Source of the DNA: Armatimonadota bacterium
GTDB taxonomy: Bacteria; Armatimonadota; UBA10988
Assembly: GCA_016235455.1 (NCBI GenBank)
Contig: JACRKZ010000065.1
Span: 1-49,462 of the forward strand
DNA: 49,462 nt
Reading direction: 5' to 3'
Shown: in pieces, positions 8,673 to 18,189 of the stretch
Position numbering within the stretch: position 1 is the stretch's first letter
Layout of the letters: every line of letters begins with the position of its first letter
Notes under the pieces: generated by a model
The model's database searches: none
Told to the model about the DNA's origin: nothing
What the model saw: the letters and a program-made list of their open reading frames with translations, nothing else
Program-made: the position numbers and the translations under genes

Positions 8673-10103
8673 ATGGGTTTCGGCGAGATCACCGCCGCCT
8701 GGGTCAATGACGTCGGCCGAGTGCGCGAGAACCAGGAGGACAGTTACGTCCTGTGGCTCGCGCCCGACGGCGAGGCGGCCAGCGGCCTGCGTGCGGTGGC
8801 CGCCGTGGCCGACGGCATGGGCGGCCACCAGGCCGGCGAAGTGGCCAGCGCGCTGGTGGCGCAACGCCTCCAAGACTACCTCTGCGCCTTTGCCGATCAG
8901 CTCACTTTCGGCACCGCGGCCGAGGTCAGCGAGTACCTGCACGAACTGATCGCCGACGCCAACGCGGCCGTCCATCGGTTGGGCGCGCAGATCGGTGGCA
9001 TGAGGCCGGGCACGACACTGACCTGTGCGGTGGTCTGGCGCGACCAGTTGGTGCTGGCGCACGTGGGCGACAGCCGCGCCTACCTGGTGCGCGGCATGCG
9101 CTGCGAGCGCATGACCCGCGACCACACCTACGTCGCCGACCAGATCCGCCAGGGCCTGATGACCAGCGAGCAGGCGCGCACCTCGCCGCTGCGCAACAGC
9201 CTGATCCGCTGCATCGGCGTGGAGCCGGAGGTGCGCTGCGACCTGTCCACGCGCGAACTGCTGGAAGGCGACCTGCTCGTCCTCTGCTCCGATGGTCTGA
9301 GCGAATACGTGCAGGACGCCGAACTGGCGGAGGTCGTGGCCTCGCGGCCGCTCGAGGCGGCTGTCGATGATCTCAAGGGCCGCGCGCTGGAGCGTGGCGG
9401 GCACGACAACGTGACGGTTGTCGCGCTGCAATGCGGCGCGCGCGTCATCCTGCCCGAGGGTGCCGAACTGGATCTCGCAGGCGAAGGCCAGCCGGTACCC
9501 GAGGCGCCAGAGCCGCCCGCGGAGGAGGCCTCGGTGGCCGGCGAGCCGCCAAGCGGCGTCAGCCCCGGCGTGTTGGCGCTCATCGTGCTGGTCGTGTTCC
9601 TCGTGGTGGCTGCCGCGGTGCCGCGCCTGGTGCGTCGCCCGCCTGGCCCGACCGGCGATACGATGACTTCCGCCTCGACCTCGACCGCGACCACCGTGCC
9701 GCCACCGCCGCGGACCAAGGCCGGCCCCGGCGGGGCGGCCTCGAAGGTCGGCCAGGCGAGCCTGATGGTGCTGTTCTCGTCCGACGGTAAGGACGTCGTG
9801 ATCGGCTCGCCGACCGGTGGGCTGGTAGTTGAGGGCGGTTCGGGCTATACGGTCGAGCGCACCAAAGAGGGCAACTACCGCGTCCGGCTCCTCAACGCCG
9901 CGCAAGGCCAGGCCTTCGTGCTGGTGCCCAAGGGCGGGGGAGTCGAGGTCGGCCGAGGCCTGCTGTCGACCCGCGCCAATGAGGCCAGCTTCCACCTGAC
10001 CAACGGTCAGTACGAGCTGCGCGTCGGCGGCGAAGGCCGCATCGTGGCGCTGCTTACCGTCACAACACCCGGTACGCAGGCCGCGCCGTCGGGCGTTCGC
10101 TGA
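8673..10103 (+). CDS. PP2C/PPM-family Ser/Thr phosphatase with TM helix and C-terminal extracytoplasmic domain
   Basis: GRVRENQED, VADGMGGH, HVGDSRAY, LCSDGL, GGHDNVT; Pro/Glu linker; TM segment VLALIVLVVFLVVAAAV; beta-rich tail. Confidence 0.92.
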   Translation: MGFGEITAAWVNDVGRVRENQEDSYVLWLAPDGEAASGLRAVAAVADGMGGHQAGEVASALVAQRLQDYLCAFADQLTFGTAAEVSEYLHELIADANAAVHRLGAQIGGMRPGTTLTCAVVWRDQLVLAHVGDSRAYLVRGMRCERMTRDHTYVADQIRQGLMTSEQARTSPLRNSLIRCIGVEPEVRCDLSTRELLEGDLLVLCSDGLSEYVQDAELAEVVASRPLEAAVDDLKGRALERGGHDNVTVVALQCGARVILPEGAELDLAGEGQPVPEAPEPPAEEASVAGEPPSGVSPGVLALIVLVVFLVVAAAVPRLVRRPPGPTGDTMTSASTSTATTVPPPPRTKAGPGGAASKVGQASLMVLFSSDGKDVVIGSPTGGLVVEGGSGYTVERTKEGNYRVRLLNAAQGQAFVLVPKGGGVEVGRGLLSTRANEASFHLTNGQYELRVGGEGRIVALLTVTTPGTQAAPSGVR

Positions 10104-10119
10104 GCGGAAGGAAAATGCC

Positions 10120-10929
10120 GTGAGGCCCAAGGTCAAACGAGCCTGCCTCACTATGGCTCTGGGCGTGGCGAGCCTCGTGGGCGGCGGCGTGACTGCCCAC
10201 CTGCTGCTGCCAGCCAGACCGCCGGTCACGCGGGTCCCGCTGGCCCCCGAGCCGCCGGGCGTCGTCGCCGACCCGCCGGCCGAGCAGCCCAAGCCCAAGC
10301 CCGAACCGCCGGCACGAGTCATCTGTATCGACCCCGGCCACCCGTCAGAGAACGGTGCCGGCGCTGTGGCGGCCGACGGACTGCGCGAGGTGGCCGCCAA
10401 TTGGCAGGTGGCGCAGGCACTACGCACCGAACTGGTCCGCCGGGGCACCAAGGTGGTGATGACCAAGGCCAAGGAAGGCCAGAAGGTCACCAACCGCAAG
10501 CGGGCCGAAATCGCCAACGAGGCTCACGCCGATCTGTGTGTCCGGCTGCACTGTGATGCCAACAGCGGCCAGGGGCACACCGTCTACTACCCCGAGGAAT
10601 CCGGCACGGTCGACGGCCGGACCGGGCCTGACAAGGCCGTCCGCGAGGCCAGCGGCCATGCCGCGCAGGCCATGAGTGCTGCGCTTCGTGAGGGCCTCGG
10701 TGGCGAACTGACCGACAACGGCGTCAAGACCGACCGCGAGACCGCCATCGGCCGCAAGCAGGGCGCCTTGACCGGCTCCATCTACAGCCACGTGCCGGTG
10801 CTGACCATCGAGATGGTGGATCTGACGCATGCCGCCGATGTGCGCTGGATGCGTTCGGCAGAGAACCAGCGCAAGATCGCCGCCGCCCTGGCCGACGGCG
10901 CCCTGCGCTTCGCGGATGGTGCGCGATGA
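10120..10929 (+). CDS. N-acetylmuramoyl-L-alanine amidase (Amidase_3) with N-terminal signal/anchor and Pro-rich linker
   Basis: ICIDPGH, RE (Zn ligand), RAEIAN, RLHCD, LTIEM (catalytic Glu). Confidence 0.9.
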   Translation: MRPKVKRACLTMALGVASLVGGGVTAHLLLPARPPVTRVPLAPEPPGVVADPPAEQPKPKPEPPARVICIDPGHPSENGAGAVAADGLREVAANWQVAQALRTELVRRGTKVVMTKAKEGQKVTNRKRAEIANEAHADLCVRLHCDANSGQGHTVYYPEESGTVDGRTGPDKAVREASGHAAQAMSAALREGLGGELTDNGVKTDRETAIGRKQGALTGSIYSHVPVLTIEMVDLTHAADVRWMRSAENQRKIAAALADGALRFADGAR

Positions 10930-13259
10930 TCGAGCCCAGGGCGCAGTCCGACGCGTTCATGGTGGTCTGGGGCCTGGCCGCCATCGAGGCACAGGCCGGC
11001 GGCTTCGCGGCCGTGGAGCCGGCGCACTTCGTGTTGGGTCTGGCCAAGGCGTGCGACCTGAGCACGGCCGAGATCGCCGAATTGGCCGGCTGCCGACCGG
11101 AACTCGCCGAGCCTGAGATCCGCGTCGTGCGCGCCGCCTTCGCCTTGGCTGGCATCGCGCCAGCGGCGCTGCGCCGGCGGTTGCGCGCGGTGCTCGGGCG
11201 TGGCGGCCAGATCACCGAGCAGCGGCAGGTGTTGCAGCGCAGCAGCGAGGCGCGCGACGCTTGCCTGGCCGCGCAGCAGGCCGCCGACGCCGCCGACCAG
11301 CCCATGCGGCTGGTGCATCTGCTGGCCCAACTGCTGGCACGGCCGACTATGGCGCCGCTGCTGGTGCGCTGTGATGTGCCTGTGGCGGCCCTGCGAGCGG
11401 CCGTGGACCAGCTGCTGGGCGACCAGGCCGGCGTGCCGGCGGCGGCCGCCGCGCCGACCGTTGGTGTGCTCGACCAGGTCGGCCGAGACCTGACGGCGCT
11501 CGCGCGCGCCGGACAGCTCAAGCCCGTCCACGACCGCATCGAGCAGATCACTGCCTTGGGCCGCGCGCTGGTACGCAGCGAGAAGAACGACGCGCTGCTG
11601 GTCGGCGAGCCCGGCGTGGGCAAGACGGCCATCGTCGAGGGGCTGGCACAGCATCTCGCGGCGCTGGAAGGGCCGGACGACCTGCGGCACTGTCGCATCG
11701 TCGAGGTCAGCATGTCGGCGCTGCTGGCCGGTGCACGCTACCGCGGGGAGTTTGAGGAGCGGCTCAACGCCATCCTGACCGAGGCGGGCCACGACCCCAA
11801 CCTGGTCCTGTTCATTGACGAACTGCACACCATCGTCGGCGCGGGCGGCGAGGGCGCGTCGGACGCCTCCAACATCCTCAAGCCCGCGCTCAGCCGCCGC
11901 GAGGTGCGGCTGGTGGGCGCCACCACGGTGGCCGAGTATCGCCGGCTGGTGGAGACCGATGCCGCGCTCGACCGCCGGTTCGAGGTCATCTGGGTCGATG
12001 AGCCCACCAGAGACGAGGCCGCAGCCATCGTCGGCAGCCTGGTGGCGCGGTTCGAGGCGCATCATGGCCTGACCATCACACCGCAGGCCGTGGCCGCGGC
12101 GGTCGACCTGAGCGTGCGCTACCTGCCCGACCGGCGGCTGCCCGACAAGGCCATTGACCTGCTGGACCAGACCTGCGCCGCGGCGCGGCTGCATACGCTG
12201 GGCGCCGTGGTCGACAACGAGCCGCACCGCACCATCGACCGCATCGATGTGGCGCAGGTGGTGGCCGGATTGCGGCGGCTGCCGCTCGACCAGGTGCGCG
12301 AGACCGAAGCGGAGCGCCTGCTGCGCATGGAAGCCGCACTCAACCGGCGCGTCATCGGTCAGGAGCAGGCCGTTGCCGCGGTCTGCCGCGCAGTGCGCAC
12401 GGCCCGTGCGGGTCTGGTGCGCCCTGGCCGGCCGGAGGCCACGTTCCTGTTCGCCGGGCTGCCCGGTACGGGCAAGACCGAGTTGGCCAAGGCGCTGGCC
12501 GAGTACCTGTTCGGCGATGAGCGGCGGCTCGTCCGCTTCGACATGAGCGAGTATGCCGAGGAGCACTCCACGGCTCGTCTGATCGGCGCGCCACCGGGCT
12601 ATCTGGGCCATGACGAGCCCGGCCAGCTGACCGACGCCGTGCGCACCACGCCCTATGCGGTGCTGTTGTTCGACGAGATCGACAAGGCCCATCCGCGTCT
12701 ACTGGACATCTTCCTGCAGGTCTTCGACGAAGGCCGCCTGACCGATGGGCATGGCCGCACGGTCAGCTTTGCCGAGACCATCATCGTGTTGACCAGCAAT
12801 CTGGGCAGCCGCGAGGCGCTGGCCCGGCTGGACAACAACCATGTCGGCTTCCGGCAACGCGCCATGGAGCCAGGCGACCTGACGGGTTACCATCGCATCG
12901 TCGACGACGCGGTGCGCCATGCGCTGCGGCCCGAGTTGCTCAGTCGCATCGATGAGGTGCTGGTCTTCGAGCCGCTCGACGCCAAGTCGCTGAGGCGCAT
13001 CATCGATCAGAGCGTGCACGAGGTGGAGCAACGGCTGGCGCAGCGGCGCATCCGCCTGCGGCTGGACGACACGGTCTACGAGGCGTTGCTGGCTGGCGGC
13101 GAAGGTCAACAGACCGATGCCCGCCTGCTCGACCGCGCCGTGGAGCGACGGCTCATTCAGCCGCTGGCCGACCAACTGCTGCTGGGCTCGGTCAAGGACG
13201 GCTCGGAACTGTGGGTGCGCATGGTGGACGGCGAAGCCCGGTTCCGCGCTATCAGCTAG
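10926..13259 (+). CDS. ATP-dependent Clp protease ATP-binding subunit (ClpA/ClpC-like paralog, two AAA+ modules)
   Basis: GEPGVGKT / LFIDELH, pore loop [29 protein letters not shown] / [33 protein letters not shown] overlap with the amidase stop. Confidence 0.93.
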   Translation: MIEPRAQSDAFMVVWGLAAIEAQAGGFAAVEPAHFVLGLAKACDLSTAEIAELAGCRPELAEPEIRVVRAAFALAGIAPAALRRRLRAVLGRGGQITEQRQVLQRSSEARDACLAAQQAADAADQPMRLVHLLAQLLARPTMAPLLVRCDVPVAALRAAVDQLLGDQAGVPAAAAAPTVGVLDQVGRDLTALARAGQLKPVHDRIEQITALGRALVRSEKNDALLVGEPGVGKTAIVEGLAQHLAALEGPDDLRHCRIVEVSMSALLAGARYRGEFEERLNAILTEAGHDPNLVLFIDELHTIVGAGGEGASDASNILKPALSRREVRLVGATTVAEYRRLVETDAALDRRFEVIWVDEPTRDEAAAIVGSLVARFEAHHGLTITPQAVAAAVDLSVRYLPDRRLPDKAIDLLDQTCAAARLHTLGAVVDNEPHRTIDRIDVAQVVAGLRRLPLDQVRETEAERLLRMEAALNRRVIGQEQAVAAVCRAVRTARAGLVRPGRPEATFLFAGLPGTGKTELAKALAEYLFGDERRLVRFDMSEYAEEHSTARLIGAPPGYLGHDEPGQLTDAVRTTPYAVLLFDEIDKAHPRLLDIFLQVFDEGRLTDGHGRTVSFAETIIVLTSNLGSREALARLDNNHVGFRQRAMEPGDLTGYHRIVDDAVRHALRPELLSRIDEVLVFEPLDAKSLRRIIDQSVHEVEQRLAQRRIRLRLDDTVYEALLAGGEGQQTDARLLDRAVERRLIQPLADQLLLGSVKDGSELWVRMVDGEARFRAIS

Positions 13260-13260
13260 G

Positions 13261-15039
13261 CTACTTGGACCGGGCCAAATCGTTGACCAGCGCGGCGCCG
13301 GTGTTGATCAGGTTCTGCAAGATGCGCATGCCGCCGTAGTAGCGGGCCGGCATGGCGCTCTTGGACACCATGTAGAGGTTGCCGACCGCGGTCTTGGCCG
13401 CGGAGCCACGGCAACCCCAGGTGCGCCGTCCGCCGGCAAAACCCTCGAAGTCGAGCATCGACGCGCGCTCGATGTCGTCCCGGGGGCGCAGGTCTCGCAG
13501 GTCCATGGCGTAGCTCATCCACAGGCCGTCGCCGTTGGGCCGAGGCATGAGATTGAGGAAGTCTTGCGAGCCATAGGGATGCGCCATGGCGAACACGGCC
13601 GAAGCTTTGCGCACGTAGAACTGCGGTGGGAACACGACCCGCACGTTGCGGTCCTGGAAGAAGGACGCCAGGTAGTCGCGCAAGCCGGGCTGTTCCACCT
13701 TGGTCAACGGGCGCAGTTGCTCGCTCTGCCGCAGGTCGTGGTCTTCCTGGAGCACACTGGCCACGAGGTGGTAGCTGACGCTATTGAATGTGGCCAGCCC
13801 GCCGGCGATGCTGATGTTGAACCCGCTGGTGCAGCGCGCCTTGTTCAGCCAGCGCAGCGCCGGGTTGGTGTCGCGCAGGCCGCGGCACTGCATGAACAGG
13901 TTGAAGCCCTCGGCCAGCGTGCTGTAGCCGAAGCGCGTGTTGGTGAAAATGTGTGTTCGCTCGGTGGCCGACATGCGGCGCATGGCCTCGGCGCTGCGGT
14001 GCGCCGCCGAATCACCGGGTAGATCGCCCAAGGACATCCCCGCCATCGCGCAGACGCGCTCGGGTGTGACATGCGCGGGCAAGTGCATCCAGTCCGAGGC
14101 GCGCAGGCCTTCCACATCGAACACCAGGCCATAGGACAGGTTGGGCGTGATGACGCTGGGGGTCAGGCCGGCTTTCTCGCCGACGCGGCCCTCGGGTTCG
14201 GTGTCGATGTAGGTTTTGGCCACCACGCGCGTGCCCTCGCCGGTGACGATGCCGGTGAGCGCGTCCGCCCGCATCTCGACGTGCAGGGAGTTGTAGGTGG
14301 CGGTGCGCAGGAGCGTGATGCTCTTGGCGTAGTAGCTGCGCAGATAGCGCTCGAGCCGGCCGCTGATGCCGGGCGGCAGCGCCCAGAAGTTGTTCGCGGC
14401 CATGCCCAGCGCATCGCGGAACAGCCGCAACTGCTCGGGCGGCCGCGGCAGGAACGGCTCGCCGTCAAAATAGCGCAGGTTGCCACCCGTATCCGAACAG
14501 AGCCCGCCCAGCGGGCCGGCATAGACCAGGACCACAGGCCAACCGCGGTCGGCAGCGGCCATGGCGATGATGATCGATTCCAGCTCTCCGCCGACCACTG
14601 CCAGCCTGGTTTTCAGCTCCCGGGCGATTCTCGGTTGCGGGTCCCAGTCGAGCGGGCTGAGCGTCATGCCCTGGCCGTCGGCCTCCACCTGGAAGCGGGT
14701 CACCTGGGGCCAGGCGCGGCGCGCCTCCTCGGCCAGTTGGATGGTGCGGCGGTAACGCTCGCGCTCAGGCCCCTCGGCCATGTCGTCGGCGGCGCGGCGC
14801 AGGCGGTCCAGGCGGAACAGCAAGTCGCGCGAGTAGACCGGCTTGCCCGGGCAGAGGAAGTCCGGGTCGGAGACCATCGGCGTATGCTCGGTGGCGCCCG
14901 GCGCTGCCGTCGCCGCGTCGACCGCGCCGGGCGGGTCATCGACCGCGGCGCGGTGACGTTGACAGCCGGCAAGCGACAAGCTACCCAGAAGCAGCGACCA
15001 GACTACCGATCGACGAACTACCAGGACCATGCGCGCCAT
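13261..15039 (-). CDS. Putative lipoprotein with FAD-dependent oxidoreductase-like (Rossmann) domain
   Basis: Lipobox LSLAGC after a basic/hydrophobic leader; LAVVGGELESIIIAMAAADRG dinucleotide-binding-like motif; LGGL; AKTYIDTEPEG (FIDAT.G-like); C-terminal NLYMVSKSA..GGMRILQNLINTG. The upstream part of the listed ORF overlaps the next gene, so the start is set at ATG 15039. Confidence 0.6.
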   Translation of the reverse strand: MARMVLVVRRSVVWSLLLGSLSLAGCQRHRAAVDDPPGAVDAATAAPGATEHTPMVSDPDFLCPGKPVYSRDLLFRLDRLRRAADDMAEGPERERYRRTIQLAEEARRAWPQVTRFQVEADGQGMTLSPLDWDPQPRIARELKTRLAVVGGELESIIIAMAAADRGWPVVLVYAGPLGGLCSDTGGNLRYFDGEPFLPRPPEQLRLFRDALGMAANNFWALPPGISGRLERYLRSYYAKSITLLRTATYNSLHVEMRADALTGIVTGEGTRVVAKTYIDTEPEGRVGEKAGLTPSVITPNLSYGLVFDVEGLRASDWMHLPAHVTPERVCAMAGMSLGDLPGDSAAHRSAEAMRRMSATERTHIFTNTRFGYSTLAEGFNLFMQCRGLRDTNPALRWLNKARCTSGFNISIAGGLATFNSVSYHLVASVLQEDHDLRQSEQLRPLTKVEQPGLRDYLASFFQDRNVRVVFPPQFYVRKASAVFAMAHPYGSQDFLNLMPRPNGDGLWMSYAMDLRDLRPRDDIERASMLDFEGFAGGRRTWGCRGSAAKTAVGNLYMVSKSAMPARYYGGMRILQNLINTGAALVNDLARSK

Positions 15040-15044
15040 GCTAC

Positions 15045-16334
15045 CTACCGAATCGAAGAGGGACCTTGCGCTCGATGCCCGGCGACCAGGTGCCGCTCGG
15101 CGAAGGCCAGGTACTTGTCCCAATCGTACTCGGTGATGTCGTGCTTGCCGATGCGCAAATGGTAACCGATTGACTCGCCGACGGGAGTCGCCGGCGCGGG
15201 CCAGGTCTCGGTGCCCAGGCCGGACAGCCCAAACAGGCTGTAGACCGGTCCGGCGCCGACACCGGACAGGAACTCGCCCTTGGGGTCCGCCCACTTGTCT
15301 TCGGTGGCGCTGGCGATGTAGCACGGCCGCGGCGCACACAGGGCGATCAGTTCGTGGAAGTCCACCGGCAGATCATGTTCGCGGTCGGCGAAGCGTGCGT
15401 AGCCGGGGGCGAACCAGTGTGGGAAGGCCGTTGTGATGCGCGCCAGCGACTCGCCGAAGCAACGGCGCGTCAGGGCCGCGCCGCCTTCGCCCGAGTCGTT
15501 GGACACGACCATGGCGAAGCGCTCGTCCTGCGCGCCGGCCCACAGCGAGGTCTTGCCCAGCCGTGAGTGGCCAATGACCGAGACCTTCGAACCATCGATG
15601 TCGGGCAGCGTCTGCAGGTAGTCCAGGCAACGACTGAGCCCATACGACCAGGCGCCGATGGCCCCCCAGTCGTCCTGCTTCCACGCCGTCTGTGCGCCCT
15701 GCGGGCTCATGGCCGCGCGCAGGCCGGTCTTCCAGCCCTCGGCATGGTCGGGCTCGATGTCGCCGTAGTAGGCCGTGGCCACGGCAAAGCCGCGCGCGAG
15801 AATCATGTCGATGGGCCAGCGGTCGAGGCCCGTGCCGCGCGTGGCCTCGGTGGCGCGGTTGTTGACGAAGCCCGGCTTGCCGTTGGCGTGCCAGGTGCGC
15901 GCCAGCCGCACGGCTGGGTCGGCGGTCGTGGCCTGGTTGCCATCGAAGTTCAGGCCCAGGAAGGCCGGCGCCTTGCCTTGCACGTGGTTGGGCGAATAGA
16001 CCAGCAGGTCGACGAACGGCCCATCGCGCCGGCCGAGCAGGTAGATCGTTACCTGCCGGCGCGTGGCGCGGCCGCCCAGAGCCTGGCTGTCCTGCTCGAC
16101 CACCTCGGCCAGGATCGGTGCGGGCGCCGGCGTGCGGCCATAGACCACCGAGCGAAACAGCTCCATGACTTCGGGTCGACGGCGCTGGACCCAGTCCTCG
16201 GCGCTGCGCACGGGCGAGCCGTCGCTGGCGACGAGCACGGGGGGCAGGGCATAGGCGGGCACGTTGGCCTCATCCTCGCTGATCGGTCGAGCCAGCAGAA
16301 GGCTGGCGCCCAGGCAGGTGGCGCAGAGCAACAT
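15045..16334 (-). CDS. Secreted carbohydrate esterase family 15 (glucuronoyl esterase-like) alpha/beta hydrolase
   Basis: GAIGAWSYG, GHSRLGK (nucleophile Ser plus Arg), NDSGEGG, DLPVDFHELIALCAPRP, EDKWADPKGE, GKHDIT; hydrophobic signal peptide. Confidence 0.88.
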   Translation of the reverse strand: MLLCATCLGASLLLARPISEDEANVPAYALPPVLVASDGSPVRSAEDWVQRRRPEVMELFRSVVYGRTPAPAPILAEVVEQDSQALGGRATRRQVTIYLLGRRDGPFVDLLVYSPNHVQGKAPAFLGLNFDGNQATTADPAVRLARTWHANGKPGFVNNRATEATRGTGLDRWPIDMILARGFAVATAYYGDIEPDHAEGWKTGLRAAMSPQGAQTAWKQDDWGAIGAWSYGLSRCLDYLQTLPDIDGSKVSVIGHSRLGKTSLWAGAQDERFAMVVSNDSGEGGAALTRRCFGESLARITTAFPHWFAPGYARFADREHDLPVDFHELIALCAPRPCYIASATEDKWADPKGEFLSGVGAGPVYSLFGLSGLGTETWPAPATPVGESIGYHLRIGKHDITEYDWDKYLAFAERHLVAGHRAQGPSSIR

Positions 16335-16448
16335 GGCCGCAGTCTCCGCTACATGACTTCGCCACACGGCGGCGTCACCCTCTTCGGAGAGGAAACACGG
16401 GTCGCGCGGCGTAGTGGCCGGGCAGCTCGCCAAGGAGAGGAGTCGGTG

Positions 16449-16976
16449 ATGTTGGATCCGCGCATGGAGCAGGCGATCAACGAGCAGATCAACCGCGAGA
16501 TGTGGTCAGGCTATATCTATCTGTCCATGGCCACCTGGTTCGACGACCTGGGGCTCAAGGGCTTCTCGCACTGGATGCGGGTGCAGCACAAAGAGGAAGA
16601 GACCCATTCGCTGATGATGCTGGGCTATGTCAGCGAGGCGGGCGGCCGGGTGCTGCTGGCGCCCATTGCCGCGGTGGACACCGAGTGGTCGTCGCCGCTG
16701 GCCGCCTTCCAGGAGGTGCTGGAGCACGAACTCAAGGTTTCTGCCTGGATCAGCGAGCTGGTCGACCTGGCCCTGGAACTCAAGGATCACTCGACCAACG
16801 CCTTCCTGCAGTGGTTCGTCACCGAGCAGGTCGAAGAGGTGTCCACGGCCAAGGGCCTGGTGGACACGCTCAAGTTCGTCGACGGCAATCCGCACTCGGT
16901 GCTGATGCTCGACCGCGAGCTTGGTGCGCGCGCCTTCACGCTGCCTGCCCCAGCGGCGGCGCTGGGCGTGCTGTAG
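16449..16976 (+). CDS. ftnA: Non-heme ferritin
   Basis: INEQINREMWSGYIYLSMA, EEETH, HELKVS, FLQWFVTEQVEE: complete ferroxidase-centre residues. Strong SD GGAGAGGAG. Confidence 0.95.
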   Translation: MLDPRMEQAINEQINREMWSGYIYLSMATWFDDLGLKGFSHWMRVQHKEEETHSLMMLGYVSEAGGRVLLAPIAAVDTEWSSPLAAFQEVLEHELKVSAWISELVDLALELKDHSTNAFLQWFVTEQVEEVSTAKGLVDTLKFVDGNPHSVLMLDRELGARAFTLPAPAAALGVL

Positions 16977-17016
16977 GTCGTTGCCCGCGGCGAGCGTCCC
17001 CGGTGACGCTCGCCGC

Positions 17017-18144
17017 ATGACCAGAGCGAGCACTCCGCTTATGACCGTCCCACGCGTCGCGGGCTTGGCCCTGGCGCTCTGGCTCGTCACGGCCCAGGCC
17101 GCCGAACCGGCGTGGCCGGGCAACGGCCCGCTATGGTGCCCCAACAGCCACCCGTTCCACACCATCTTCCTGGACCAGCCGCTGCTGGATCCCGTGCTGC
17201 CCCGGCGCCCGTGCTTCGAGGTCCACGTCACGGAGGCCAACACGCTGGCCTACTCGAGCAATGTGACCGGTAGCCCCGCCTGGTACGCGCTGCAGAGCAA
17301 CCTCAACCAGGGCCGGCCACAACAGCCGCTCGACGCGGCGATGATGCGCGACTGGGCGGCGGCCCATCCCTCAAACACCTACCTCTTCGCCGACACCGAG
17401 ACGACCCGGCTCAGCCTGGCGGCCACCGTGCCGATCGGCCGCCGCTGGGGCGTGCGCGCCGAGCTGCCGTTGCAGGCACACTGGGGCGGCCTGCTGGACG
17501 AGGTCATCAAAGGCTGGCATCGCCTGCTCAACTTCCCCGATCTGGGCCGCAGCTACACGCCCAGTGGCCATGCGCAGATCCTCGTGGCCCGCGGCGACCA
17601 GTCGCGCTACTTCGACGGGTCGAGCGCGCTGGACCTGGGTGACCTCGTGGTGCGTGGGCTCTACGCCGCGCGGCGCGAGACGCATGGCGGGCCGGCCGTG
17701 ATGGTTGCGGGCAGCCTCAAGGCGCCCACGGGCGCCGTCAGCCGCTTCGCCGGCTCGGGCAACTGGGAAGGTGGGCTGTCGGTCAATGCCGCCAAGTCCT
17801 GGGGCGACTTTCGCACCTATCTGGGCGCGGGGTACACCTGGCATTCTGCCTGGAAGGGCCTGAGCCGTGTGCCCATCGCCAACACGCTGGACCTGCACGC
17901 GGGCCTCGAGATGCGCGTGGACCGCCACTGGTCCTGGCAGGTGCAGATCAGCCGCGAGGAGCAGGCCTTGGCCAAAGCCGAGCCGGGCAGCTTCGGCGGC
18001 GCGGCCTGGCGGCTGGCGGGCGCCGCACACTACCGCCTGGGGCCCGACGCCGTGCTCGACTGGTCGTTCACCGAGAACCTTACGGAGAACGCGAACACCG
18101 AGGATCTGAGCATCCAGACCGGGCTGCGCTGGTCGATGTTCTGA
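17017..18144 (+). CDS. Putative outer-membrane beta-barrel-like protein (DUF3187-like)
   Basis: Signal peptide; GGLLDEVIKGWHRLL, DLGD, LKAPTG, GSGNW motifs; alternating beta-strand pattern; terminal Phe. Confidence 0.6.
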   Translation: MTRASTPLMTVPRVAGLALALWLVTAQAAEPAWPGNGPLWCPNSHPFHTIFLDQPLLDPVLPRRPCFEVHVTEANTLAYSSNVTGSPAWYALQSNLNQGRPQQPLDAAMMRDWAAAHPSNTYLFADTETTRLSLAATVPIGRRWGVRAELPLQAHWGGLLDEVIKGWHRLLNFPDLGRSYTPSGHAQILVARGDQSRYFDGSSALDLGDLVVRGLYAARRETHGGPAVMVAGSLKAPTGAVSRFAGSGNWEGGLSVNAAKSWGDFRTYLGAGYTWHSAWKGLSRVPIANTLDLHAGLEMRVDRHWSWQVQISREEQALAKAEPGSFGGAAWRLAGAAHYRLGPDAVLDWSFTENLTENANTEDLSIQTGLRWSMF

Positions 18145-18189
18145 ACCCGCGCCCGCAGGACTGCCCGGTGCGTGCGCGAATGGGTCGGC

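Noticed and set aside
7671-10517. 948-aa minus-strand ORF and other long antisense ORFs (801-2855, 3322-5139, 10782-12692, 18382-20229, 30457-32826, 39832-41886, 43070-44719, 46344-47978)
   Set aside because: Shadow ORFs opposite genes with clear family motifs; expected in high-GC DNA, and no recognisable domains.
8673-13259. Type VI secretion system (ClpV + PppA-like phosphatase + amidase effector)
   Set aside because: No Hcp, VgrG, sheath or membrane-complex genes in the window, and the ATPase retains a ClpP-docking-like VGF loop.
15567-16448. N-terminal extension of the 469-aa ORF containing ferritin
   Set aside because: Antisense to the CE15 gene; ferritin starts at ATG 16449 with a strong SD.
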